64,000 nucleotides of DNA from the human T2T-CHM13v2.0 reference genome, Homo sapiens (GCF_009914755.1 NC_060940.1), one strand, 5' to 3'. Counted from the first letter of the stretch, positions 26,663-41,240 are shown. Translations and numbers: made by a program. The notes: generated by a model not told the origin, from the letters alone.

Positions 26663-28080
26663 ACCAGAATACAGAGGGAGCTAAAACAACTCTATAAGAA
26701 AAAGTCTAATAATCTGATCAAAACATGAGCAAAAGATCTGAATAGACATTTCTGAAAAGAAGACATACAATTGCAAACAGGCATATGAAAAGGTGCGCAG
26801 CATCATTGATCATCAGAGAAATGCAAATCAAAGCTACAGTGAAATATCATCTCACCCCAGTTAAAATGGCTTATATCCAAAAGACAGGCAAGGACAGATG
26901 CTGGCAAGGATGTGGAGAAAAGGGAACCCTCGTACGCTGTTAGTCGGAATGCAAATTAGTATGATAAATATGGAGAAAAGTTTGGAGGGCCCTCAAAAAA
27001 CTAAAAATAGAGCTACCGTAGGATCCAGCAATCCCACTACTGGATTCTATGGTAGCTCTATTTTCAGTTTTTCGAAATCAGTACATCAAAGAGGTATCTG
27101 CACTCCTATGTTTGTTGCAGCATTGTTGATGATAGCTAAGATTTGGAAGCAACCTGTGTCCATCAACAGGTGATTGGATAAAGAAAATGTCGCCGGGCAT
27201 GGTGGCTCACGCCTGTTTTCCCAGCACTTTGGGAGGCCGAGGTCGGGAGTTCGAGACCAGCCTAACCAACATGGTGAAACCCCGTCTCTACTAAAAATAC
27301 AAAAATTAGCCTGGCATGGCGGCACGTGCCTATAATCCCAGCTGCTCAGGAGGCTGAGGCAGGAGAATCACTTGAACTCGGGAGGTGGGGGTTGCAGTGA
27401 GCCAAGATCATGCCACTGTACTCCAGCCTGGGTGACAGAGCAAGACTCTGTCAAAAAAAAAAAAAAAGAAGGAAGGAAGGAAGAAGGAAAATGTGGTACC
27501 TATACACAATGCAGTACTATTGAGTCATAAAAAAGAATGAGATCCAGTGATTTGCAATAACATGGATGAAACTGGAGAATATTGCCTTAAGTAAAATAAG
27601 CCAGGCACAAAAAGACATGCATCACATGTTCTCATTTATTTGTGGAATATAAAAGTTAAAACAATTTAATTCATGGACATAGAGAGTAGAAAGGTGGTTA
27701 CCAGAGGCTGGGAAAGGTAGTAGTGAAATGGGAGGAGGGGAGGATGGTAAATAGGTACAAAAAAATAGAAAGAATGAATAAGATCTATCATTTAATAGCA
27801 CAATAGGGTGACTATAGTCAATAATAACTGCACATCTTTAAATAACTACAAAAGTGTAATTGAGTTGTTTGTAACTCAAAGGATAAATGCTTGAGGGGAT
27901 GGATACCCCATTCTCCATCATGTGCTTATTTATTGCACCATATTGTACCCATATTGCATGCCTGTATCAAAGCATCTCATGTATCGCATAAATAAATAAA
28001 TATATATACACATATATTTACTATGCACCCACAAAAATTAATAATAAAAAGGCCTTATTTAAAGAATAAAAATAAAAATA
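26663..28080 (+). mobile_element. L1MA-type 3' fragment, split by an Alu
   Basis: aatagacatttctgaaaagaagacatac...; 3' UTR ggttaccagaggctgggaa...gtaactcaaaggataaatgcttgagggg. Confidence 0.88.
27191..27467 (+). mobile_element. AluS with left-arm deletion
   Basis: gggaggccgaggtcgggagttcgagacc; TSD gaaaatgt. Confidence 0.9.
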
Positions 28081-29152
28081 ACGATTCAAGCACTCACTTG
28101 TAAGGGACCCCGCTATGAGCTCCTAAGTGCTGTAACATGACTTCTTCCCTTTTGTTCCCCAGCACTTCATTGTAGTTGTTTCTTCCTGCATTTCTACTAT
28201 CTCCCCTTCTTCCCTTTCAGGGTTCTAATGCCTGCATAACCAATGCCCTGCATTTAATTCTTTCTGTTTGAAATATCTAGTATGAGTTTTGATGGAGTTT
28301 TCTTAACTAGGTCTCAACTGATCTGTCCCTATTTTATAGACTAGACTGAGGCTCCTAGAAGTTTAGGTTTTATCTAAGTCAGTGTAGCAAGTAAGTCATA
28401 AGTATTTTTCCAAAATCACAGAAGAGGGAAAAAATAAAGATATATTGAAGCCCATGACTATCTGACCCCAAATTGTGTAAGATCTTAGCCAGCATAGGCT
28501 ACAGAAGGAAGAGTTCACTGCTCACACTGCTCCCAGCAAACCCTGCACAGACCCTGCATTCTCATGGTTGAATGAATAAACGAGTAGATGATCTTCTCTT
28601 CTCTTTGAACCTAGTGCTGGCCTGGGCATCCAATAAGGTGCAATAGATGATTTGTCAAATTAAAAAATAGGAGAATAAATGTTTTAAAGCAGTAGTTTGC
28701 AACCCTGGCTGCATATGAAAATATCCTTAAAAGAAAGTGTGTCCAGGCCCTACTCTAGAGCAAACAACTCAGAATCAGCTGTCCGTATTTTTTATGACTT
28801 CCAAGTAATTCTAATAGGGTTGAGATATACAGCTTTAGGCAAAGCTTAGCTGGGGCCCTGATCTTTCTGGGACACCGTGAGTCTCTCCGAGGAAGATCAC
28901 TGGAGCTGGGTGTGCTGTGGTCTCCCTAGCAGGCTTCGCTACACATCGCCCCAGGGAGCACCATCACATCTGAAAGTGAAGGTCCCTTTGTTCAGTCAGT
29001 ATGGAGGTTTTTGTTTTGTTTTGTTTTGTTTTTACCAGGAAATCAAATCAGATTTAGATTCAGTCATATTTGCTGGGTATCTACTATGTGCTATGTGCTA
29101 TGCTAGACATTGTACACAATTCATCTTAACAGTCACATAAGGTAATCATCAT

Positions 29153-29629
29153 TGAGAGACTGAATGTACAAACAGACAACAACCAAACCCTATAGGACGA
29201 TGGACTCTCTAACCCACGACCTCTGCAGCAAGTGTTCCAGAACAGTTGGAGGTTACACATCTGGAAAGAAAATTTGTAAGAGAATTAAATGAGATGCACT
29301 TTTTTAAAAGCACTTGGTTGACCACTGCTAACTTCCCGATTTTCTGCACCAGATTCTAACTCAGGACCAATCAGAGAAAGCCAAAGATGCTTCTTCCCAA
29401 ATTAATCCATGAGATGCTTCTAGTTAGCCCGCCTCCAGCCTCCCCAAGTCAACAACCTCCAAAGAGAGCATGCTGGACACCTTCCCTTCTTCGCTATAAA
29501 GCTTTCTCTCTGCACGGCCTTCAAGTCAAGCAAATGTGAGTGATGGAGGTGGCTGACTCCCCCTATAGCAAGCGTGAAATACGAAGCTTCTGTTTGTTCT
29601 CACTTGGGTGGTCCTTGTTTATCTTCACA
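29153..29629 (+). mobile_element. ERV1 solo LTR, MER90-like
   Basis: TG...ctcaggaccaatcagagaaagcc...cttctagttagcccgcctccagc...tataaagc...ttcaCA. Confidence 0.65.
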
Positions 29630-30040
29630 TAATTATCTATAATATTTTAATTGTGTCAATGTTTTCTTTTACAAATGGTGAAATGTAATATTATAGAAGT
29701 AAGGTAACTTGTTTGAGGTTGCACAGCTGGAAGGAGGCACAGCCAGGTTTTGACCCTGGAGAAGCAAATTAGTGTTAAGAGGAGCAGTGCAGTGCAAGGT
29801 CAAACGCATGAGCTATGATGGAGTAAGGAAGAATGGTTACAGTCCTGATTAAGACTCTTACGGACTTTGAATGGGTCACTTAATTCTCACTGTGCCTCAG
29901 TTTCCTCACATCAGTCATGGAGCTATAATGCCTCACGAGAAGTATAGTGCACAGAGTCCAAGTAAAAACTCTGGGATAAGACTCCTGGATTCAAACCCTG
30001 ATCGAATTACTAGCAGTGTCCTCAGTATTTTTATCTGTAA

Positions 30041-30366
<326 letters not shown>

Positions 30367-31740
30367 ATCACAGCTTTTTTTAAGAGAATTAAATGAGATG
30401 CACTTTTTTAAAAGCACTTATGTGACACTATGTATCAGGTCCTGTGATAAGTGTATTACAGGCATTTATTTAATTCTCATAATAATGCTGAGTTACACAC
30501 CATCACCTCCAGTTTACAGATAAGAAAACGGAAGAAAAAGGAAATTAGGTAACTTACCCAAGGTCCTAAAGCTAGGAAAATGTTGACCTGTGTTGGAATC
30601 CCTGTCATCAGTACACAATTCTGCCTCTTTGATAATAAAATATGCAAAGCATTTAGTTCAGTGCCTGACATAATATAAGCTCAAAGGTAGAAGCAATGAT
30701 TAGTAATTGGTTAGTCTAAATTCAAAACTATTTCTAGTACAGACTAATGACTTCCAGGAAGACAATATATTATAAAATGATCACTTTCAGTAAAAGAGAC
30801 AGAGAGAAAGAAAGAAAGGGAGAGAGAGTGCACCCATAGATGAGTCTGATTTAAACAAAAGTGTTCAAGAGCTCAATAGGAAAATTAATACATTCATGAG
30901 AGGAGTTCACATAAAAGAAATCTAACTAGCTTTTAAATATATGAAAATATGCTAACACTCTTCTAGCATTTTCTTATTTTCTTAAATGAGATACTGGTTT
31001 TTTTTTTAGGTTGGCAAAGTTCAAAAAGCTTATCAATCAACACTGAGTGGACCTTCCCTAAGGAATTGTAAAGTTGGCAACAGAGAAAGAATATCCACTT
31101 AATAACACTTCTATTCAACATTGTGCAAATGTTCATGAAAGACATAAATTGTGGAAAAGAAGAAGTAAAGCTTTCTCTATTCAAAGATGACATCATTCTA
31201 CATGTAGAAAATCCAAAAGAATCTGCCCAAAAAACTACTAGAACTAATATGAAAATTTAGCAAAATTGTAAAATACAAGTTTAATATAAAATTCAATTAT
31301 ATTTCTATCTACTACCTACAAAAATTGGAAAATAAAATATAATATTACTTACAATAGCATCAAATACATAAAATGTTTAGGAATTGATTGAATGCTGTGT
31401 AAAAACTCTGTGCTAAAATATTGCAAAACATTAAAACATTGCTGAATGAAATTAAACAAGACTTAAATAAATGGAGAGATATACTATATTCATGGATTGA
31501 AAGATTTAATTTTGTTAGGATGATAGTCTCCCTACATTGATTTATAAATCTGATGCAGACTCAATCAAAGTCTCAGCAGCCTTTTTTGATAGAAATCAAG
31601 TTGATTCTAAAACTTGTGTATAAATGGAAGGGCTCAGAATTTCCAAAACAATTTCAAAAAAGAACAAAGTTGGATGACTTCCATAACCTGACTTCAAAAC
31701 TTACAATAAAGCTACAATAATCAATAGGGTATGGCATTAG

Positions 31741-32975
31741 GCAGAAAATTGAAACTGGACCCCATCCTTACACAATGTACAAAAATTAACTCAAGATAAA
31801 TTAAAGACTTAAGTGTAAAACCCAAGATTATAAAAACCCTAGGAGAAAATCTAGGCAATGCCATTTAGGACATAGGCAAAGGCAAAGATTTCATGATGAA
31901 AACACCAAAAGCAATTGCAACAAAAGCAAAAATCGACAATGGAATCTAATTAAACTAAAGAGCTTCTGCACAGCAAAAGAAACTATCATAAAAGTGAACA
32001 GACAACCTACAGAATGGGAGAAAATGTTTGCAATCTATCCATCTGACAAAAGTCTAATATCCAGAACCTACAAGGAACGTAAACATATTTACAAGAATAA
32101 AACAAACAATCCCATTTAAAAGGGGCAGAGGACATGAACAGACACTTCTCAAAAGAGGATATACATGCAGCCAACAAACATATGGAATAAAAAAAGCTCC
32201 TCAACATTACTGATCATTACAGAAATACAAATCAAAACCACAATGAGATACCATCTCAAGCCAGTAAGAACTGCTATTATTAAAAAGTCAAAAAACAACA
32301 GATGCTGGAGAAGTTGTGGAGAAAAAGAAATGCTTTCACAGTGTTGGTGGTAGTGTAAATTAGTTCAACCATTGTGGAAGACAGTGTGGCAATTCCTCAA
32401 AGACCTAGAGGCAGAAATACCATTTGACCCAGCAATCCCATTACTGGGCATATAACCAAAGGAATAGAAATCATTCTATTATAAGGATATATGCACATGT
32501 GTATTTATTGCAGCACTATTTACAATAGCTAAGTCATAGAATCAACCTAAATGTCCATCAGTGATAGACTAGATGAAGAAAATGTAGTACATATACACCA
32601 TGGAATACTATGCAACCACAAAAAGGAATAAGATCATATCCTTTGCAGGGACATGGATGGAGTTAGAAGCCATCATCCTCAGCAAACTAATGCAGAAACA
32701 GAAAAACAAACACTGCATGTTCTCACTTATAAGTGGGAGCTGAATGATGAGAACACATGGACACATGGGCAGGGGGGCGGTTGGGGGGAACAACACACTG
32801 GTCACCTGTGGGTGTGGGGAGAACATCAGGAAGAATAGCTAATGGATGCTGGGCTCAATACCTGGGTGATGGCATGATTCGTACAGTAAACCACCGTGGT
32901 ACACTTTCACCTATGTAACAAACCTGCACATCCTGCACATGTACCCCTGAACTTAAAATAAGAATTGAAGAAAAA
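31741..32975 (+). mobile_element. Older L1PA 3' fragment (~1.2 kb) nested in L1M
   Basis: gcagaaaattgaaactggacccc...catcaggaagaatagctaatggatgctgggc...gaacttaaaataa; approximate TSD gta(t/c)ggcatt. Confidence 0.88.
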
Positions 32976-33711
32976 GAGAGTACGGCATTGGCATAAGAAT
33001 CACTGCAAAACAAAATTCAGAAAAGATTCATACTTATACAGTCAGTTGATTTTTTTAACTAAGGTGTCCAAACAATTCAGTGGAGGAAATAAATATCTTT
33101 TCATCAGATAGCATTGGAGTAACTGGGTAAACATTTGGAAAAAAAAATGAACTTTGACCTCTACCTCACATCATATATAAAAATTAACTCAAAGTAGACC
33201 ATAGACATAAACATAAAAGTAAAAATTTTAAAGTTTCAAAAGAAAACAGAAGAATAACTTCACAATTTTGGCAAAGATTTCTTAGGACAGGAAAAGCACT
33301 AACCACAAAAAAATTAATTGGAATTCAATATTTTAAAAGGTTGATCATCAAGTGACATCATTTAAAAATAGGAAAATCACAGACTGGGAAAAAATACATA
33401 CCTGGCAAAAGAGTAGTATCCATAATATATAAAGAACTCCTGCCAATCAATAATACAAAACAAATAATCCAATAAAAATAGGCAAAAGACTCAGACACCG
33501 TACAAAAGAAGATGTAAGAATGGCTAATAAGCACATGAAAATGTGCTCAATAGAATTAGTCATAAGGAAAACCCACATTAAAACACATTTAATACTCATT
33601 AAAATAATGAGATAAAACCTCACACCCAATAGAATAATCCAAATTTATAAGGTTGAGAACACCAAATATTAGCAAGCCTGTAGAGCAACCAGAACTCTCA
33701 TGAATTGCAGT

Positions 33712-33930
33712 TGGGGACACAGGGAGGGGAACATCACACACTGGGGCCTGTCGGTGGAGCGGGGGGTGCGGGTAGGGGAGGGATAGCATTAAGAGAAATA
33801 CCTAAGGTAGATAACGGGTTGATGGGTGCAGCAAACCACCATGGCACATGTATACCTACGTAACTAACCTGCACGTTCTGCACATGTATCCCAGAACTTA
33901 AAGTATTTAAAAAAGAAAAAGAAAAAGATT
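33712..33930 (+). mobile_element. Short L1PA 3' end nested in L1M
   Basis: ggacacagggaggggaacatcacacac...gcacatgtatcccagaacttaaagta plus A tail. Confidence 0.88.
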
Positions 33931-34535
33931 AGGCATATAAATTTAACCAAAAAAATAAACAAAATAGTATAGTTACTTTGAAAAACAGTTTGTCAGTCTC
34001 TTATATAGTTAAACATACAACTACGCTATGATACAGCTATTCTACTCCTGGGCATGTATACAATATAAATGAAGACATATGTCCACACAAAAAGTTGCTC
34101 AAGAATGTCATTGGCAGCTTTGCTTATAATAGTCCCAAAGCAACCAAATATCCATCAAGAGGAAAACAGATAAATAAATCTTAATCTACAGTATTCATGC
34201 AATGGAATACTACTCAGTAATGAAAAGGGAGGAACTACTGATATAACATGTACGAAATTCACACCTCTTATGTCAAGCAAAAGAAGTCAGACACAAGAAT
34301 AAACACTGTGTGATTCCATTTATGTGACATTCAAGAGCAAAATCTATGGCAATAAAAATAAGAGCAGTGATTGATGCCTGGAACAGGTTAAGATTGACTG
34401 GGAAGTGGCATGAGAAAACATTCATAAGTAATGAAATTGTTCTCTATCTTGACTGGGGTGTGGATTACATGGCTTTACACGTCTGTCAAACCCCATTACA
34501 CAATACACTTAAGGTCTGTATATACTACAGTTTGT

Positions 34536-34696
34536 AAATTTTACCTCAATTTTTTTAAAGCCCTCGAAGTGTTTGACAATAAATTAAATAAAAAATGAGG
34601 TAAATTTTAAAGCCCTCAAAGTGTTTGACAATAAAATAAGTAATAAATTGAGGGAAATTGTACCTCAATTTTTTTAAAACCCTCAAAGTGTTTGAT
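34536..34696. repeat. Mixed direct and inverted local repeat
   Basis: Three copies of aaa(g/a)ccctc(g/a)aagtgtttga plus ttacctcaatttttt/aaaaaatgaggtaa. Confidence 0.85.
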
Positions 34697-35452
34697 TGTG
34701 AGGGTGTGTGAAAAAACATTTCTGGTGAGAGTATATATGTGCTACAACCTCTCTGTAGGGAAATTTTGAAAATACCTCTCAAAATACCAATTCACATATG
34801 CATTTGGCCCACTGATTGCCCTTCTAAGAGGCAGCCTGCAGATATATCCACACGTTGTAGAAACACACCTAGAAAGATATTCTTGACAAAAACAGTGTGT
34901 GGTAGCAAAAGACTGGAAATAACATAACCATCCATCCAGAAAAGGTTAAATAAATTACAGCGCTACATTTTAATAGAATACAATGTGGCTGTTAAAATAA
35001 TAAGGGACATTGTTATGTACTGATATGAAATGATATTCAAGATACATGATATATCAGTACACACAAAAAAGACATGGAACGGAGCTTATAATATCCTTCC
35101 ATTGATGGAAACATAAATGTGCTCAAGTAATATATCTTGAAAGGTCCATAAAAAGCAGGATGCAGCTGTTACCTCTGGGGATGGGGGCTGGTCGACTGGG
35201 ATACTGGAGGCGAAACCCTGAGGAAGAATTATTTGCTATATTATCTTTTTTTATTGTAGGAGGTTTTTTGTTTTGCTTTGTTTCGTGGTTTCTTTTTTTT
35301 AACCAAGTGATTACTTAAATCTGGAAAATTTTAAAAGCCAAGAAAAAGACCAACACTGGTGGGGCCAATCCATTTTCTCTGGGACTTGACCCAGACCCCT
35401 TTAGCTCCTGTGCCCCATAAATCCTGGGCCTGTCCTGCTTCTCCTATAGTAG

Positions 35453-35732
<280 letters not shown>

Positions 35733-36553
35733 TCCATCATTTTTATCTCCACTGCCTCCCTCCTCAGATCCCACCTCAGTCCCACCAACTGTTTCCCCTT
35801 CAGGGCTATCAAGGTATGTGTCCCAGGTGCTTTTCCCACCCAACATCACCCTTCGCTACTCACTATGTGAATTATTGGATTTTCCAGCCTTTTATTTATA
35901 TTTGGCTTTTCCCAAGCAAAACAGAGCCACCCATAGCCAGAGACTATGTCTAGCCCAGCCAGATATATATGCCCCAAAATGAGACCATGAAATATCCCTG
36001 TAATTTTCAGATGCCTTAAGATATACCTCTTAAATATTTAGTGGATTATAAATGACCCACAGCTTTGGTCTAGCTTTTAAATATAACTTCTTCATAAGCC
36101 TGCATGGACAGTTTGCCCCCAGCCCCAAATGGGGACATAATTGTGGCTCGCCTGATGAATATGAGAGCAGGTGCGTGGGAATTTCTGTGGAATATTAACG
36201 ATGTCCTCCTAGGGGCTTTGTACCCACTACAGGGGCAGATTTGCTGCCAGAGACTTCTCTCTGATTCTCCAGTTTCCAGCCTGCTGTACAAAGATTTATG
36301 GGGAGAGAATCATAGAACCTGCCCTGAGCCTGAGTTGGCTGCTGATTTTCTGTGTAGCATTGAGCTCACCACATTACCTATCTGGGCCTCTGGATTCTTC
36401 TCTATTGCACTAGATAATTTTTATAGCCCTTGCAGCACTTGTTTTGAGACTTCTGAATATCTGCAATTATAATGATTTATCAAAATATATTTCACAATAA
36501 AAGAGAGGAAAATAAGCAATAAGGATTTTTAAAATTTTTTTAAAATAGATCTA

Positions 36554-36847
36554 AGCTGGGCACTGTGGCTCACACCTGTAATCCCAGCACTTTGGGAAGC
36601 CAAGTGGGCAGATCTTTTGAGGCCAGGAGTTCAAGACCAGCCTGGCAAACATGGCGAAACCTCATCTCTACAAAAAATTCAAAAATTAGCTGGGCATGGT
36701 GGCACACACGTGTAATCTCAGCTACGTGGGAGGCTGACGCATGAGAATCTCTTGAACCTGGGAGACGGAGGCTACAGTGAGCTGTGATTGCGCCACTGTA
36801 CTCCAACATGGGCCACAAAGCGAGACTCTGTCAAAAAAAAAAAAAAA
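36554..36847 (+). mobile_element. AluS (Sz-like)
   Basis: Full dimer with poly-A tail. Confidence 0.9.
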
Positions 36848-37205
36848 GAGGGGGTCTTAAAAAAAAAAGAAGAACTATCACATTTCTATTCAACCTTGTT
36901 ATTCCAGCAGCCTTGGTGCTGCCTGGGACCTAGTTAGAAATGCAGGTTCTCAGGCCTCACCCCAGAGCTACATTAAAGAAGCACTCATGCTATTTATCAG
37001 CTGACATTTTTCTGAGTCATGTAACTTTCCTGTTGTAACACCCACACACATTTTAAGAAACTTGGATTTTTAATGTTTGTGCAACAGAGAGCCATTGAAA
37101 GGTGGTTTTCAAGGAGTAAAGTTATGGTCAAATTTGCATTACAGTGAGATGGCTGAGATGATAGAGGCTTAAAGGAGGTGAGTCTACAAGGAGGACTAAG
37201 AAAGC

Positions 37206-37497
37206 GGTTGGGCGTGGTGGCTTAAGCCTGTAATTCCAGCACTTTGGGAGGCCAAGGCGGGCAGATCACCTGAGGTTGGGAGTTCGAGACCAGCCTGACC
37301 AACATGGAGAAACCCCATCTCTACTAAAAATACAAAAAAAGTTAGCCAGGCGTGGTGGTGCATGCCTGTAATCCCAGCTACTCGGGAGGCTGAGGCAGGA
37401 GAATTGTTTGAACCCAGGAGGTGGATGTTGCAGTGAGCCCAGATTGAGCCTGGGCAACAAGAGCAAAACTCCATCTCAAAAAAAAGAAAAAGAAAAC
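37206..37497 (+). mobile_element. AluSp with small right-arm deletion, inside a minus-strand L2
   Basis: cctgaggttgggagttcgagaccagcctgaccaacatggagaaacc. Confidence 0.9.
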
Positions 37498-37499
37498 AA

Positions 37500-38190
37500 T
37501 CCAAGAGATAAATCATGAAGGCCTGAACTAAGATAGGAATGATGCAGGTTAGAGAGGAACAGAGAGACTTGGTGAGTATTTGGGCTACAGAATCTTCAGG
37601 CCCCATAGTAAATTGCATATGAAGAAGATACAGAGAAATAGACTTTTAGGTTTCAAGATTGGGTACTGTGATGGTGACATACAAAGAGATGGGAGTGAAA
37701 GAAGGGAATCTGGTTTGGAGAGAAGGCATATGAGATGTTCAACAGGTAGTGGAGAAGGATCTGGAGCTTGGGAAGGTTGGGCTAGAAATGGAATTCAGGA
37801 AATCATCATTATAGAGGTGGAGATAATAGATTAACCCAGAGAGAAGAGAAAAGGAAATGCTTGGAACACCAATATCCAAAAAGTGGCTGTAAAAATGGTG
37901 GCTCACAAGAGTCTGAGAAGGAACAACTGCAGGAGAATCACCACAGGTCAGCATCACTGGGGCCAGGGAGGCCACTGCAAGAAAGAAGGCATGGTCAATG
38001 CTATCAAAAGCTCCACGAGTTGAGCCAGAGAAGGGTCAGCTGGGTTTAGATAATAGAGGGCTATTGGTGGGATTTTCAAAGTAATTTTAAGAAGCTGATG
38101 GAATGAGGCTAGGTGGCAATAAGTTGAGGAATCAGTGGGAAGATGGAGAAGTGGAGACAGTGTCTTGGCTAATTTTAAATGGATTTTCTG
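37500..38190 (-). mobile_element. L2 fragments
   Basis: gaaggcctgaactaag...gggctagaaatggaattcaggaaatcatc...gaagtggagacagtg. Confidence 0.6.
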
Positions 38191-38727
38191 TGGTGGTAAG
38201 AAGAAGAAGAAGAAGACAGTCACAGTGACTATCAATCCTGGCTGATTATAGAATCACCTGGGGGGAGGTTTCAAAACCTGTTGATTCCTGGACTTCCCAC
38301 CACCACACACTGTTTTAATTGCTCTGTGATGTGGTCCAGGCCTCTGCTCTTAAAGTCTGCTGAGGTGATACTGATGTGCTTTTCAGTTTGAGGATGTTTG
38401 AGCATCAGGAACATGCACCATTGAGGAAACGTTGCTATAAAACTCTCATTCCATGGTGGGAGAGATTTCTGAGTACATTGAAGGGGTGATGGTCAATACT
38501 AGAGGCAGAGGAGAAATGTGCAGAAGAAATGCAAAACCATCGCTGGAGAAGAATCCCTGAAGGGGCGGAGAAGTGGATATCTGGGATACAGGTGGATTCA
38601 CCGGACTCACTTTCCCTTCGAATTGGGAAGGAAAGAGGGAGCAGGAGGAGGATGTCGATTCTGATGCAGAAGCAAAAGAAAAAGAGGAGAACTTTCCTGC
38701 TGACCACAGTTTCTTTCAACAGAGTAG

Positions 38728-39158
38728 TGTTAAAAGAACAACTGCAGCCGAATTACATTGAAAGGAGTTTAATTGAGCAACGAACGATTTGTGAGTCAGG
38801 CAGCCCCCAGAATCACAGCCGATTCAGAGATACTCCCGGGATGACTTGTGGTCAGAACAAATTTATAGACAAGAAAAAAAAAGTGACGTACAGAAATCAG
38901 AAGTGAGGCACAGAAACAGCTGGACTGGTTACAGGTTGGCGCTTGCCTTATTTGAACATAGTTTGAACACTTAGCCGTCTATGAGTGGTTGAAGTATGGC
39001 CACAAGGATTGGCCAAAACTCAGCTGCTGTTACAGGTGCATACTCCTAAGTTAGGTTTTCAATCTTGTCTGACCATTAAGCTAGATTACAGTTTGTCCAC
39101 AGGACTCAAATATAGAAGTACGGAGTCCTTCTCAGGCCAGTTTTAGTTTGCTTTGACA
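38728..39158 (-). mobile_element. MER57-family solo LTR
   Basis: caaatatagaagtacggagtccttctcaggcc...tttgaCA is the reverse complement of the MER57 start; TSD g(t/g)ag. Confidence 0.85.
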
Positions 39159-40794
39159 GGAGATAAATTGTGAGTTGGCTAAGAGGGAGGGGCAAATGGG
39201 AGCAGTGAGCTTGATAGGAAGAAAGGTTTGTACTCCTGCTGACTGTGCACCTACTGGAGGAGGCATCTTCCACAGAGGCTGGAAACAAGGATTTGCATGC
39301 AGATGCCCCAAGGAGGGCAGGGCCTTGCTCTGTGTTTCTCCCTGCTCTACCACCAGGGTTTAATGCAGTGCACTTGATAATTATCGAGACGAAGGCATGT
39401 GTGGTGGCACCAGTCTTCAAGATTTTTATTTCATCAGCTCCATTTGGCAGGCCAGGGATAAAAACCTAGAAGCAATTCAGTAGAGCTTGGTTTAGGGTTC
39501 AAGGATAACCTAGTAGGGCGTGGAAGATGTGGTCCTGATCACAGAGTATCAGCTTGGCCATGCAGGAGACAGCTTTTTATCTTGCAGGCAAACTGTAGAC
39601 AGACAGGAGAGATAGATCTGCCCTTCCCAAAGTTCACCTGGGCTGCAAAGAGATTATTTTGGAAGGGGATGAGAGCTATTATAATCATCGAGGTGAGAGA
39701 AGGGGGGGATCAGATGATCCTAAGAGACCAGTTGGAGAGTCAGTTTCAACAAGACAAATCCCAAACCATTCTGAGGGATAACTATAAAAGTCAACATTGC
39801 CCAAACATGGGCCAGGCCGCTTCAAGGAGCAATGAGCCCCTGGCATTCAATGGGTCTCTGTTTTGGGAGGGAAGATGAGCTAAGGTACCTGCAAGTACAT
39901 TTTATGAATCTGTGGCAACCAATCAACCACCCTCATGTCCCCCCTCTGCAGGAGACCTCGTGGTCTCCGGTGCATGGGAAACGCCTCTCCTCTGGCTCAC
40001 CAAATTGCTCTGCTGTATTTAAAAGCCAAAGAGGAAAATAAACCCCAGCCCAAGGAGGAAGCAATGTTGGCATTAAATAAAAGGAATGTTTTTATCCTGC
40101 AATGAAAACTCTGTGATCCTGGAACACAATTTGCATAAACAGACAGTTTGGCTATAAACAACCTCACCAGTAACTGGTATTTACATATAGAACAACTCAG
40201 TCAAAACCCAATTAAAGGCTCTGATGGATTGGGGATTGTCAAAACATTTAAAAGACTTCACAGCCACCTGGCGATTTATACGCCTCGGTTGGGCCAGGAG
40301 TTCCTGATTTCTCCTCCCATCTGCCCTTTCCTTTGCTCCCAGCCTCCTGCAAGACCCCATGGCCCCCGCCCACCCCCCAGTCTGGCAGCCTGGCCTCCAG
40401 TCAGTGGGAGATGTCTCTGAGAGAGCCCACTGGCCTTGGGACCTTGGGGAAGACCTAGTGGGGTTAGAAAACAGGGTCCAGGCTGTGGTCCCTGGCTTGC
40501 ATGTAGAAAACAGGAACAAGAACTCTATGTAGAGTGTGGGCATATGACACCATCAAGAGGCTCAGCCCAGGCAATGCAGGACTTCAGAAGAATCCCAGCA
40601 ATAATGATGCCTACAGTCAGGCCATCTGTATTACTGTGGTTCCAGGTTCAACCCTTGTAAGCAAGTGGTTGAAGAGCAAGACAGGATGTCAAGATCCCCT
40701 CATCCGTGCAGAAGAGATGACTCTTGGTCAGGGATAAAAACTAAGCCAACAGGTTGGGAATACCAGGCATGACTTTAATTGGGTTGTGGGGGAG

Positions 40795-41240
40795 TGTTAT
40801 GCTGAACCCCTATCAACTCCAAAGGGGATGGCACCAAGTTCAAGAGGCTGAACAAGAGACCCAGAGCCAGCAAATGAGACATGGGGTTTTATTGAGGGCT
40901 TACAGGGCAGAGAGAGCAGTGAGCTGGGCAGAAGATCTGCAACTGCTTGCACAAAGCACATGGTTTATAGAGCATTTCCACTTAGCAGCCTCCCCCAACA
41001 ACCTCTACCTGGCAACCTTTGCTTAACCCAAAACAATGGGCTCAATTCCCTATATCTGCCATCTGGCCCATGTTCCATGGGACAGGCTAGGGACTCAGAA
41101 GTTCCACACAGAGAAGGAATGAATCCCCTGCTTGGCCACTCCCAGATTCCTTATTGTAAACTGCATCCTGGTGCATTTGCCACAGAGGATCACTCTGAGA
41201 GTATACGCAAGTTATTGCTCCCAGGTGCCTTTACCATATA
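40795..41240 (-). mobile_element. ERVL solo LTR, LTR47-like
   Basis: gaacccctatcaactcc...gagacatggggttttattg...aagttattgctcccaggtgc; perfect 5-bp TSD gggag. Confidence 0.75.

Larger units (their letters stand above)
30880..35200 (+). mobile_element. Composite of old L1M ORF2 and 3' fragments
   Basis: RT-region relic ctattcaaagatgacatc (F-DD), aaagacataaattg..., aatggaatactactcag...; heavily degraded. Confidence 0.8.
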
